This document shows positions 36,985 through 49,831 of a stretch of 64,000 nucleotides of DNA, piece by piece. Under the pieces are notes generated by a model that saw only the letters and a program-made list of their open reading frames with translations, did not search any database and had not been told where the DNA came from. Source of the DNA: Octopus sinensis (taxonomy: Eukaryota); NCBI RefSeq assembly GCF_006345805.1, contig NC_043022.1, positions 5,704,001 through 5,768,000 of the forward strand, written 5' to 3'. The translations under genes were made by a program, and so were the position numbers. How positions within the stretch are numbered: the first letter of the stretch is position 1; every line of letters begins with the position of its first letter.

Positions 36985-37650
36985 GGGATAATGGTGGAAT
37001 ATTTTCATCAAGACTTCAGTCAAATATAAACATGACAGGAGTGGCTGTGTGGTAAGTAGCTTGCTAACCAACCACATGGTTCCGGGTTCAGTCCCACTGC
37101 GTGGCATCTTGGGCAAGTGTCTTCTGCTATAGCCCCGGGCCGACCAATGCCTTGTGAGTGGATTTGGTAGACGGAAACTGAAAGAAGCCCGTCGTATATA
37201 TGTATATATATATATATGTGTGCGTGTGTATTTGTGTGTCTGTGTTTGTCCCCCTAGCATTGCTTCACAGCCGATGCTGGTGTGTTTACGTCCCCGTCAC
37301 TTAGCGGTTCGGCAAAAGAGACCGATAGAATAAGTACTGGGCTTACAAACGAATAAGTCCCGGGGTCGAGTTGCTCGATTAAAGGCGGTGCTCCAGCATG
37401 GCCGCAGTGAAATGACTGAAACAAGTAAAAGAGTAAAAGAGTATGACAGGCCTGATATTGTTGTTTGGGACAGAGGGGCAAAGGTATGTACCATCATAGA
37501 GGTCAGCTGGCCTACAGATATAGATATCTCTTTGAAAATCAAAGAAAAAGAGGATGTCCATGGACAACTGCTTCGAAACCTCCAGCTTCTATATCCAGAC
37601 TATGAATTTATATTTATACAGTGGTGACCTGTATATAGGCACTGCGGAAC
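36985..37650 (+). pseudogene. RLE-domain fragment of an R4/Dong-like non-LTR retrotransposon, split by SINE-A
   Basis: WWNIFIKTSVKYKHDR | PDIVVWDRGAKVCTIIEVSWPTDIDISLKIKEKED...: PD-(D/E)xxxP..KEK restriction-like endonuclease motif. Confidence 0.8.
37040..37442 (+). mobile_element. SINE-A with 8-bp TSD ATGACAGG
   Basis: TSD at 37032-37039 and 37443-37450. Confidence 0.9.
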
Positions 37651-37895
37651 AGCGGCACTCGACATTATTGATAACATTCAATATAATGAGTCCTTTTTTC
37701 TTTAATTCTTTCCTTATAATTGTACATTATATAATCCTTAAGTTTAACGTCAGTAGCCATCCCTTAGTTTATGACAAAACAAAAATCTTTGTATAGAACT
37801 GTGCGCTTCACAGTTCCAGTGATGCGGTGTTTGGCTGTTGTGCGCATGATCACGTCTGAGATAGGAAGCTTCAGACTAGGGAGAGAGATCACTGC

Positions 37896-37932
37896 ATGAA
37901 CAACAGTGCTGAGCCCAGTGTTCTGGTGAAAG
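37896..37932 (+). CDS. Candidate first coding exon MNNSAEPSVLVK
   Basis: In-frame upstream TGA, ATG, donor AAG|GTAATG ending in phase 1. The other frames are closed. Confidence 0.25.
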
Positions 37933-38399
37933 GTAATGTTTCTTTTTGACTCCGCATATATTGTGCTTAAAAAACGTGTTTATATTCTTTAATGTGGTAC
38001 AGTGTAGAATTAGATTATTATTCTGCTTCCAGCTTCAGTGTTGCTTCAAGGATTTGAAAAATAGGGCAGATCCCCACCCACCCTTATTTTGTGATTTAGG
38101 GGGGATCTTTGAAAAACAAGGAGGAATTCACGTCAGTGTTCAGTGAAGAAATGAAACACACTAACCTGCAATGGCTAAAACGCAAACCGTTCCAGTTTAT
38201 GTATAAATTTTCTTTTTATATGTTTGTTTCCTTTGACACAATATGAAAACAATGGCTAAAAATATTCTGAATCAGCACTAATTCTATGAGCCGCCACTGT
38301 ATCCATACTAATAATAATTGGAGCCTTAGGTTTTATTAGTAAATGCTTAAAGGAGAATCTGAATAAACTGGGATTTTCAGAAAGAGAAACTGACCGGCA

Positions 38400-38795
38400 T
38401 GCATGGGAAAATGGGATTTTTTTCTAGCGTTGTCAAATGAAAATGTTACCCATAATTATAATTGCATTTCAATCTATTTTAGGGTTAGGGTTAGGGGTGG
38501 GGGAAGGGTATAGTTTTTTTCTCTGCAAATGTAAATAAACCCAATCTGTTTCTTAAACGAGGGACATAGTCATACAGCACGAAATCTTTTCACCCCAAAT
38601 GGAGGTGAGTGATTGGTTAAAATTACTGAAATGCTCGAAATTTCAGACGAAATATCTTACAAACTATAGAATTTTCTCAATAAAGCCAAGAAAAATGATG
38701 TTTTATAAACACATTCTACCAGTATACGAAGTTTAAAAGTGTTTAGTTAACTAGAAATTGTGTTGACATGTGCCGTTCAAAAGGAAAAATCTCAA
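38400..38795. mobile_element. Unclassified DNA-transposon-like repeat containing TTAGGGTTAGGG
   Basis: Recognised from memory as an interspersed repeat type, with degenerate ends and only 2-3 telomere-like units. Confidence 0.35.
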
Positions 38796-39935
38796 ATGTT
38801 TTGACTTTGTGGTGCATCTGGAACCGCATTAAAGCAAATAGGCGTTATTAATTCACATTTTAAAGAAATAGGTATTTTTTATAACAATCTTTAGGATGGC
38901 ACCGACGTCTACCATTCCCCCATGAATATCACTTGCTTTTGGCCATTTTATGACGGCATTGCGTTCTGAGTTCAAATTCCGCCGAGGTCGACTTTGCCTT
39001 TCACCCTTTCGGGGTCGATAAATTAAGTACCAGTTACGCACTCGGGTCGATGTAATCGACTTAATACCTATGTCTGTCCTTGTTTGTCTCCTCTATGTTT
39101 AGCCCCTTGTGGGCAATAAAGAAACAGATACTTACATAAGTGTGCCCCTTAGACTTTGTTTCCTCATATCTTTCAGAAAATTGGATATTTAGACAGCATA
39201 CACTTCATTTATATCGAATTAAATGGGGTAAAATAAGAAAGATGGTATGCAGGCGTATACGCCTGCATACGTCGAATATATATTTACAAAATTTCAAGAC
39301 ATATTTTGTACATATATGTAATGTAACGTGGTATGTGTATGTGTGTGTGAGAGAGAGAGAGAGAGAGAGTTTCCACATTAGATTCTCATATAATTGTAAT
39401 CTACACCATCTGAAAGATATTTGTAGAAAATTTCATTGAAAAAATACCCTTTTTTCCAAAAGTTATGCCGGGGTATAGGTATGCCCATTGCGAACGAAAA
39501 AGGAAACGATCTCGCAGTTGTACTTTAAAAAAAAAAGGATTATAATAATAAACATCAATTCTGCGCCTTTCCTTCTCCATGTTGTAGGGATAACTATTCC
39601 CTAACTCAGCAAAATTTTAAGGGAAATGCAATCGATTCTCGAAAGAGACTGGCAATTTCTATCGACCCAAGAACGATGGAAGGCAAAGCTGGCCACAGCG
39701 AAATTAAAACTAAGAACTTAAACGACTTAAATTACTATAAAGCAGTAGTTTTCAAACACATTTCGGTGATTGCAATAAATAAAAATTCTCTTAATTAATG
39801 AGAAGTCAAAACAGAGTCAGCCTCCATATAAGTCTTTCTCCTTCATCATGGAGTCGAACAAATTTAATAAGTTTAAAACCATCTAAATTCTATAAAACAT
39901 GGCAATTTGTCTTCTTCCCCTTTCAATCCTCGCAG

Positions 39936-39956
39936 CTCCCTACGAGAAACACCGCC
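39936..39956 (+). CDS. Candidate 21-nt microexon
   Basis: Long pyrimidine tract TTTGTCTTCTTCCCCTTTCAATCCTCGCAG, then CTCCCTACGAGAAACACCGCC, then GTAAGT. It is frame-preserving and open in all frames. Confidence 0.45.
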
Positions 39957-40844
39957 GTAAGTCATTTTGTCCAACGCACCAACGAGTCTGTCATTGACAC
40001 AGAATTATTAATTATTGCACACTAAGGACTTTCGGCTATATTTATCCTGACAGAATAATTAGAAAATTTGAAAAACGACTCTAGGAGCCACTACAGTTTT
40101 ACACCTTATTGAGAATTACAATATTGCAGAAATAAAAAGGATGTCAATGTATCTTTACGAAATCGCCGTAAAACAGAAATTGTCCCCCAAAATTCGAAGC
40201 CGTATAAACAGCTTTGTGTTGTTGAATGAAACGAGCTTTCCATAGCATTGTCATCGTTTAAATTAAAGTTCTTCATTGAAAACATGCTTCAATGTTAATT
40301 AAAAAATATCAAATTGACCGCTGGAAGACAATTCAAAACATAGTTCTTGAATTGTCTTCCAGTAAAAGTAATGTTAACAAAGATAAACAGAAGTGCAGAG
40401 CTGCAGCCGACAACAAAATGCTTTAGCAGACATTTTGGTATACGAAGGCAGACGATAGAAATTGTTGATAGCAAACGACTATTAAAGTTACCTTGCAGTC
40501 CAAATTATGAAAAATAAATGAATGAAATTATGTTGAATGTTAATTATATCAATGTGGAAAGGTATTATAAAGGTATATTTGGTGCTTATTACCATTTATC
40601 TACGTTCTTTTCCAGGTAGAGAGTAAAATTGCACTATCACCATCAAATCTTATAATTGCTCATAATAAAGTGTAAATCACTAATTATAATAGCAGATAAT
40701 ATTATCAAACGATTATTGTTATCAAAATTATTGGGTCCTAACCGCGTTACAACGTCCGTTTTTATAACGAGCCATTTTTTGTCAATAAACAACATGAATT
40801 TTTTTTCATTTTAGCAGAACGTAGCATTTGTGGTTAATATTTAC

Positions 40845-41172
40845 AATGAAAATGAGAAAAAAATAGTGCAATGGGGGTTTAAAAAATGTGTAGGAAAACG
40901 AATATGAAAAAAAAAAATGCGTGCAAAGCAACGGGAGGGTGGGGAGAGAACCTCGGAAAATTCACAAGATCCGAATTTTTCTCTCTTAAATTTTAGGAAA
41001 ATGTTTTTTTTTTTGCAATGAAATTTCATATAAATACTTTTCAGACGGCACATATTACGATTATAAAGTAATTTGTGGGGGAAATCTTTTCAAAGCGGTG
41101 GGGGAGAGTACTTCGGAAAATTCACAGGATCCGAATTTTCCCCACATAACTGTATATATGTGTATATATATA

Positions 41173-41221
<49 letters not shown>

Positions 41222-41935
41222 ATATATATATGTGTGTGTGTATATATATATGTGTGTGTGTATATATATATATATATATGTGTGTGTGTATGTGTATATA
41301 TATGTATGTATGAGTATGTATATATATATGTATGTATGAGTATGTATATATATGTATGTATGAGTATGTATATATATATGTATGTATGAGTATGTATATA
41401 TATATGTATGTATGAGTATGTATATATATATATGTATGTATATGTATGTATGAGTATGTATATATGTATGTATATATATATATATATAAAGAGAAAGAAA
41501 TTAATAACGAGTGAATAACGACGAAGGGTTAAAATTGTGTAAAATGAAACAAAATTGAAGCCAAAAGACTAAAAATTATTGAAAGTGGGTAGAAATAAAC
41601 ACTACGTGGTGTAGTAACTACTTACTCAGGGGTATCTGTAGAAAGTTGAATGTGATTTCGGAATATAACGAGGAAACAATCGGTTCTTGGGAATTTTCCG
41701 AAAGTCCTTCCCCACAAATTACTTTATAATTATAATGAATGCCGTTTGAAAGGTATTTCTGTAAAATATTGAAAGAAAAAAACCCCATCTTCTTAAAAGT
41801 TATGAGGGAAAAATTCCAGATCTTGTGAATTTCCCGAGGTCCTCTACCCACCCTCCCGTTGTTTGGCGCGCATTTTTTCCCTTATATTCGTTTCCGACAC
41901 ATTGTTTTGCACTATTTTTTTCTGATTTTCGTTTC
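40845..41935. repeat. Diverged inverted pair (40845-41140 and 41660-41935)
   Basis: Collinear reverse-complement homology including GGGAGGGTGGG...CCTCGG(A/G)AAATTCACAAGATC. Confidence 0.75.
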
Positions 41936-41969
41936 CAGGTCAAGTTGTAAAAGTTAACCGAGAGGCATG

Positions 41970-42390
41970 GGCAATCTTTCGTCTCTAGTAGACCTTTCCG
42001 TCGATTTCCGTAAAAAATTTTTTTTTTTTTTACATATGGGCTTGCGGGAACTTTTGAAGTAATATACATACATATACACATACACCGAGTAAAAAATTTC
42101 AGTTATCTCTTTCTTTCACACATTACTCTGTCTCTTCACACACACTAACAGAAGCACTTCACTTACACAACATACTGTCTGTCTCCCATACCCCATCAAA
42201 CACACACACACACATGTCCATCAATGATTGCCATGCACGGTAACTTCAAAAGAACTTCCCTCGTCATACAATCGCTTTCTCTTAGTCTCTTTCGCTGTCA
42301 TTACTTCAAAAGTTCCCGCAAGCCCATATGTAAAAAAAAAAATTTTTTACGGAAATCGACGGAAAGGTCTACTAGAGACGAAAGATTGCC
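41970..42390. mobile_element. Fold-back element/MITE with about 92-bp near-perfect inverted arms
   Basis: 41970-42063 versus 42300-42390 differ only in poly-T/A length. No TSD was found. Confidence 0.75.
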
Positions 42391-42918
42391 GCAAGATTTT
42401 TTATTAAGAGGGCCTGAAACACAACCTTCCAGCTAAACATTCATAATTTCTTATATGAGTACCTTTTAAACAGAATGATTCTTAAAAGCAATCAGCATTT
42501 TTACACACAGCAAACTATGGCTACAGTTTACCCCCGACACACATCGATTTTGTTTCAACATAACTTTATAAGAAATGCCTATTTTTTAAATGGAAGTTTG
42601 CAGAAACATATTTTCGAGAAGATAGATTGAAATTAAAATTAAAACCTGACGTTTTGGGGATTGGATCAATTTCTCTTCTTCAGACATTATTTCCTCCAAA
42701 CTCTCTTTGAAATGCATATTTTTAAATTTACGTCTTGCCTAAATAAGGAATTTTGCAGAGTATATATAGATTACGTAATGTTGATATTTCAGACATATAA
42801 ACTTGAGAAAGAAGCAGTAAAAATGTTGAAGTTACGCATATTGGTGGCAACAGAGTTGATGGTGGCCCAAAGAATGAGCCGGAATTTCCCAAAAGATTTT
42901 TACATCCACGTAAACATA

Positions 42919-44104
42919 CCGTAAATCCTCGAGTATAGTCCGCCCTTGAGTATAATACGCAGAGGATTTTTAGGGGGCCGTACCTCTGAAAAACCTAAAC
43001 CTTGTGTATAATACGTACCCCTTCTCTAACTTGAGTCAAGGAGGTCTATATGACGTTCTTGGTTTGTAAAACTGTATACGGTAACGTTCTTTATTATTAT
43101 TATATATTGGCAGAATCGTTAGCACGCCGGGCGAAATGCGTAGCCGTATTTCGTCTGCCGTTACGTTCTGCGTTCAAATTCCGCCGAGGTCAACTTTGCC
43201 TTTCATCCTTCCGGGGTCGATAAATAAAGTACCGGTTACGCACTGGGGTCGATGTAATCGACTTAATCCCTTTGTCTGTCTTTGTCCCCTCTATGTTTAG
43301 TCCCTTGTGGGCAATAAAGAAATATATATATAACATAATGCAAACGTGTAGCTTTTTTGTGCATTTTGTTTGCAGAAAATAAAGAAATAACAGTAATAAC
43401 GTTTAATAAATGTTGCTTACTGCAAGTTTTTTATTTTTTATTTTATCTAGTTTCAGCTCACGAGCTGTGGCCATGCTGGGGCACCGCCATTTGAATAGAT
43501 GAGAAAGCCGGCGATGCGGTTACATAGGATTGAAACAGCTTACGCTAAGACGTCTAGTATCTTAGCATAACGAAGTTACCACACGACCAAACACCCACAC
43601 CCACGTAAACATACCGTAAATCCTCGAGTATAGTTATGGATGATTCTTTTATGACTTCACTGCTTTCAGGCTTAGGGTATTTTCGCCCCCCGACATCACA
43701 AAATGCGTCTGAATAAACATTGCCAGACAGCAAATAGAGACTAGGACATTGCTTAGAAAATATTTTTTTTTATTTTTAAACTCGTATATAGTACACACTA
43801 GGGATTTTGACCTTTAAATTTTGAGGGCAGTGTGTTGTGACCTTGCAGAAGGTGCTTCATTTCACATTGCTCCAATCTACTCAGCTGGACAAGGGTACCA
43901 AGGGCCAGTGCAACTCTCTCTCTCCAGTTGTCACAGACCCAATGTCCCTCTGAGAAGGATGTCTGTATCTAATCCAACCACATAAGCCCCTAAGAATAAT
44001 TAGAGAAAACATGCTCCATGCTACCAGGTCACGGTCCTGTGTGAGCAAAAGCCATGGTTTTACATAGGAGATATTAGAAACGGATTATACACGAGGATTT
44101 ACGG
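42919..44104. mobile_element. Tc1/mariner (Tc2/pogo-like) non-autonomous element with nested SINEs
   Basis: TIR CCGTAAATCCTCG(A/T)GTATA with TA flanks, an extra internal TIR copy at 43614, nested SINE-C (43109-43322) and a SINE fragment (43827-44080). Confidence 0.7.
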
Positions 44105-44791
44105 TATCTTCACAAAATATCATTTCTTCAGAAAATCATAAAGAAAATCAAAGTCGAAAAGCAGGGCTGCCACACTGTAGATGTTAGAACTTTTAGCTGT
44201 GAGGTTATGAAGTTTTTCTTGGTTTACTACGGAAATGTTGCATACCATTTATATAACAAGTGATGTGTGTTAAATCGTGGAAATAATGCAAGAATCATCC
44301 TTTAGAATTACAGCAAGACTTTATTCCTCTGCTAAATAATACTGTTGACCAAATAAACACATCATGGATTCTGGTGGTTGTATAATTCAGCCATTGTTTG
44401 GATAATTCATCTCTGGCCATTGTTGGTTACAAGTGCTTCTTTATATCAGCTGGAAAATAACATGCCCTGTGAAAATCTCTCACCTCTCTAGTCATAATGA
44501 TTTTACAATGCTATTTATAAGTAAAAGGGGGCTCACGGCGATCGTTTGAGGATGTTTTATGAACAACGAATTTAGATCCGAGAGCTGTATCCAGTGCAAT
44601 ACTCGACCAATCAGAATACAAGACTCAACCAAATGTTCCAAACTCACATGATAGGTCAAACAACCAATCATTAAAGATTAACGTGGAATACATTTGTGAA
44701 TATAAAAGGCTGACCAAACATAAAACGGCAGAACAGAAATGAGTTCCACTAAAAACTTTTTATACAAACGTGTAAGCATGCGTCAGCATAC

Positions 44792-44834
44792 CTACACAAA
44801 TGTACCCTTCACCGATTTGTTTTTCCATAACTTC
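44792..44834 (-). CDS. Candidate 43-nt exon (EVMEKQIGEGYICV in phase 0, or KLWKNKSVKGTFV* in phase 2)
   Basis: Acceptor CCATTTTTCAG and donor TAG|GTATGC in unique DNA. Confidence 0.3.
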
Positions 44835-44924
44835 CTGAAAAATGGGTGGGTTTTTTTAAATAAAATTTTCTGCAAGTACGCTTCAGAAGGTAGAGATTTC
44901 ATTTATATCATAATTATATCAGAA

Positions 44925-45155
44925 GGCGGCGAGCTGGCAGAAGCGTTTGCGCGCTGGGTGAAATGCTTAGCGGTATTTCGTCTGTCGTTACTTTCTGAGT
45001 TCAAATTTCGCCGAGGTCGACTTTGCCTTTCATCCTTTCGGGGTCGATAAATTAAGTACCAGTTACGCACTGGGGTTGATGTAATCAACTTAATCCCTTT
45101 GTCTGTCCTTGTTTGTCCCCTCTATGTTTAGCCCCTTGTGGGCAGTAAAGAAATA
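44925..45155 (+). mobile_element. SINE-C with 10-bp TSD TATATCAGAA
   Basis: TSD at 44915-44924 and 45156-45165. Confidence 0.9.
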
Positions 45156-46772
45156 TATATCAGAATTTGTTGTGAAAAAATTTGTCCGAGAGCGGGGAGA
45201 GGGGTTTTGAATCATTGACATGAGTTGGCTTTGTTTCCTCATAACTTTCAGATAAATGGGCATTTTTAAATGAAATTTCCTACAAATACCTTTCAGAGTG
45301 TGTAGATTGTGATTATATCAGAATTTAAAAAAACCAGATTGGTGAGCACACACACACACATACATCACATGTATCTACAAAATGATACACACATCACATG
45401 TATCTACAAAATGAATCTTGAAATTTCAAAAACAATTGTGAATTAAATTCCAGACTAAAAACAATTCTACAAGTAATGGAGTTGATATATTATCTGCTAA
45501 AAAATCCATCAAGATAGTGTCCTAGCATGGTTGTATTCCAATAACTGAAACAAGCAAAAGAGCTGTCACACTAGGCAGATGATGGACGCTGGGTCCCACC
45601 CCAGCTTTCAGAGCATTTGGCAGTAAAGGTAGAAAGTTGGTGGCACCATTTGCACATTGGACGGAATGCTTAGCAACCATTGTTTCCCAACTCTCTATGT
45701 TCTGGTTTCAAATTCCACCAATGTCAACTTTGCCTTTTGTCCTTTCTGGATAGTAGCAAGTCAGAGAATCCATTTGTGTTATCGCATTGTAGCACAGTTA
45801 TGCTATGGCAACTCCAGCTAATCAGGGTTGGGTGCATATTAATACCAAAAGCAGTTCTCTGCCCAAGAAGAGTTAAGCAGGTGTCTTGAACCGTTAGCAA
45901 AATTACAGCAGACCAGCAGCATCAGTTGTCAAGCATGGAAACAGTCCCTCTGGTTTTCCACACCAACTTCACGCTGCTAGCTCTGAATTATATCAGCCCT
46001 CAACTCTGACCACCTCAGGAACAGCCTGTTTCATTTCTGCCAACTTTGCTTTGGGAAATTCTAAATGATGTCAGCCCACAACTCTGGCTATATCATGTGC
46101 AGTATATTTTCGTTTGCACTAGATCCATTTCTCTTAACTTATAACGACTTCCAACTGAATCCATTTCTCAAATGTAAGTTATAAAGCTTTCTCTGACACA
46201 TAAACCAGCTATCCTCAGTATTACTTGTCAGCTCGTTATCCTTTCATAAATTAAAATATTCTGTATAAAAATGCCTTCTGATATTTTCATTACATATGCT
46301 TCTCAAAAGCCCACTTACAGGACATCTCTATAAACTCTTTCACTAAAGTGGTGACCCTTTTACCAATATTCTCACTCTAGGGTCAATAAAATAAGTACCA
46401 GTTAGGATTAAGGTTATGACTTACCCACCTCTCTTAAAATTGCTGGCTTTGTGCTAAAATTTGTAAGCTTTATATTTGGCAATTCAAAAAGATATTTCTC
46501 TCCTTGGACACAGATGACAACCTATTGCAAGGTTTTGAACTCAGGACAGCAGGCAAACAAAAGGCATCAATCAACGTTGTAGCTCTTAGATCCATTGCTG
46601 AATTATAATTCCACCTCTCCCATCCACCCCCACCACCACACACCACACCACTAATCATGTTTATTAACAGCAAATTGAAAACGGGCTTCAGAGGGACAAG
46701 ATGCTCACACAGTCATACCTATCTATTGCCAATGAATGGGTTTTGATTAGCTTGTGAATCGAAACCCTCCAA

Positions 46773-47194
46773 TCAGAAAACCGTCCAGTTAATCACGCTA
46801 AAAATCATTCTTGCCAAATCTTCAATGATGTCATCTTCTTAGAGCAACAGGAAACAAACATTTCCAGGGATTACTTTCGGACAAAAGAATCAGTCATTTA
46901 GAAAACCAAAAATCTAAACGAGTTAACTGGTGAAGATTAAGGGGGTTATCTGGCAATCTGATATTTTACGAGATAATCACCTAAGAAAATATCATCAACA
47001 AAGTCTCATCGAAGATTTCATGAAAACAGCCTCCCATAAATTTCTTCCTCTCACCAATTCGTCTTGGCTTCATCGGCACTGATTCTACATGACGCATCCT
47101 TTTCAAAGTCATTAGCTCTGTACTGAAAATTGGCTCTAATTTGGTATGCTTTATCAGTGATGCAGCTAGTGTGCAACAGTTGTATAAATGGCTG
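46773..47194 (-). CDS. Candidate exon pair (47055-47194 and 46773-46837)
   Basis: Acceptor GATTGTAG, donor TTG|GTGAGA, acceptor TTTCCTGTTGCTCTAAG. One frame joins as ...PMKPRRI-EDDIIEDLARMIFSVINWTVF*. Two frames are open in the first exon. Confidence 0.3.
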
Positions 47195-47559
47195 CTACAA
47201 TCACTACGATGACTAATCAGGGAAATGCACAATGCAACAAACATCAACTAACATCAACCCGGATCTTCTCCTCATAATTTTCTTTGCTTTTCGTTTTTTT
47301 ACGTTTTCCCCTCTTTCTCTCTCTCTCTCTCTGTGACTCAATAAACCATATTTTTCTAGATGCTGAATGGTTATCGTAATTAAATGAAATGTATGTTGGT
47401 TCTAACTATATCTACACCAATCTTACACAGTCTCTTACTCTCTCCCTTTGTCATAAACATACATACATATACATATGTTATATATATATATATATATAAT
47501 CAATCTCCACCCACTAAGGAGGGTCATGAGTGTAGAGTTTTCAGACACCACTTAAATAC

Positions 47560-47681
<122 letters not shown>

Positions 47682-47840
47682 TATACATGCATATATATAT
47701 TATATATGTATAAACTATACCTGTGTACATATATATTCCCATACATACATATACATACACTCACACACACACACACACATATATATGCATATATATATGT
47801 GTGTGTGTGTGTGTGTATGTATATATATATATATATATAT

Positions 47841-48250
47841 ACTCTTTACTCCTTTACTTGTTTCAGTCATTTGACTGCGGCCATGCTGGAGCACCGCCTT
47901 TAGTCGAGCAACTCGACCCCGGGACTTATTCTTTTTGTAAGCCCAGTACTTATTCTATCGATCTCTTTTTGCCGAACCGCTAAGTGACGGGGACGTAAAC
48001 ACACCAGCATCGGTTGTCAAGCAATGCTAGGGGGACAAACACAGACACACAAACACACATACATACATACACATATATATATACATATATACGACAGGCT
48101 TCTTTCAGTTTCTGTCTACCAAATCCACTCACAAGGCATTGGTCGGCCCGGGGCTATAGCAGAAGACACTTGCCCAAGATGCCACGCAGTGGGACTGAAC
48201 CCGGAACCATGTGGTTGGTTAGCAAGCTACTTACCACACAGCCACTCCTG
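47841..48250 (-). mobile_element. SINE-A, near full length
   Basis: Head to tail match. Confidence 0.9.
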
Positions 48251-48256
48251 CTGTAT

Positions 48257-48729
48257 ATATTGAAAGAAAGAGAATGGAGAAAGATGGATGTATAAATAAT
48301 TTATTTGTATGATATAAAGATGTTGAAATTCTTTTAAAAACATAACAATACAAATAAATTATAAGCTGTAAAGCTCAAAAATAAAATGGGAGATGCAATA
48401 AAAAACCCCTACATATATGTTTCAGTTCCACCCCCAAGTTGATATGCAATTCTAAGCATTTGGTTATACGCTAAGAATGGTATCATTTTTCACCATATGG
48501 GGCAGAACTTCTGCAGGGTTATTATGAGCTTATAGAACTAAGGTTAACATTTCTCATGGGCAAGAACTGAAACATATATGTAGGCTTTTTCGCAACTCCC
48601 ATTTTATTTTTAAGCTTTACAACTTGTTATTTATTTGTATTGTTATTTTGTAAAAAATGTCAACATCTGTATATCACACAAATGAATTATTCATACCTCC
48701 ATCTTTCTCCATTTTCTTTCTTTCAATAT
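48257..48729. repeat. 473-bp fold-back with hammerhead 3' half in both arms
   Basis: Arms of about 170 bp. Each reads outward GAAA-CATATATG-T-A-GG (48410-48423 on minus, 48569-48585 on plus). Confidence 0.75.
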
Positions 48730-49097
48730 TAATTTGTTATGTATTACTACAATAATCCCTAACATATCCCTGAGACTTTCTCCTTAAATGATAGTGATTA
48801 ACCAGTTGATCCCTAATGTGGATCTAACATCCTCGAATTGACTATATATATATATATCTATCTATATATATATATATATATATAAAATGAGATAGGGGTT
48901 GAAAATTCAACCCACCATGGGATAACATATATCCAATATACTGCTAGAGAGGTACCCAACAATACTAATACATAAATGTTAAAAATTGCCATAAGGTATT
49001 GATTGGGTATCATCTGATGGTTGATATTTGATTGATTTAAGTATGTTTCTCCATTTTCTAATTTTGTAGTATATATATGTATATATATATATATATC

Positions 49098-49132
<35 letters not shown>

Positions 49133-49183
49133 GTATGTATATATATATATCTATATATATATATATGTATGTATATATATATA

Positions 49184-49507
49184 GGAGTAAATGTAAGGAG
49201 AAACTAGTTAGGCAAGTCGATATACCAAAAAATGTACATGTATTTACATATAAAAAGGTCCAACTTACACCAAAGAGAAACATCAGGAGTTAAAGGGGTT
49301 GAATAAGGGTTTTACGAGTCTAACAGCTGTTTCAGGGGGTGGGGGCTTGGTCGACCACCAAGACCCCAGAAACAGCTGTTGGACTTGTAAAACCTCTTTA
49401 ATTCCTGATATCATTTCTATTCTGTGTAAGTTGGATCTTTTTGTATGTAAACAAATACATTTTTTGTATATCAACTTGCCTAACTTGCATATCCTTACAT
49501 TTACTCC
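49184..49507. repeat. 324-bp fold-back with hammerhead 3' half in both arms
   Basis: Each arm reads outward GAAA-CAGCTG-T-T-(A/G)GAC (49318-49333 on minus, 49369-49384 on plus). Confidence 0.75.
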
Positions 49508-49628
49508 CCTACCTGCTCAAGTTCAAATCTCTTGAGCTCTACGAAGTGTATTCTAGGCAGAGAATACCTGTCTCTAATCAATAAACTATATACATACACT
49601 CATACATACATATATGTATATATATATA

Positions 49629-49831
49629 TGTGACCGCGTGAGCACCGCCAGCAATTTTTTTTCCTCTGTCTTCCCTTCTCGGGATCTTTCCTTCTCGTTT
49701 GTTTCCGACGAAAAGCTCCGCTCGAAACGTTAAACCCTCCTTCTTCCCTTCTTTCCTGAACGTCCAATAATACTTTATTTGTTCCACGTCCTCGCGATGC
49801 TGTGTTTTTTTTTGTGTTTTCTTGTTTGGAT

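Noticed and set aside
38480-38500. TTAGGG telomeric repeats
   Set aside because: Only 2-3 units inside an interspersed repeat.
40616-40675. Acceptor followed by VESKIALSPSNLIIAHNKV*
   Set aside because: Not phase-compatible with the upstream microexon model, and likely chance in AT-rich DNA.
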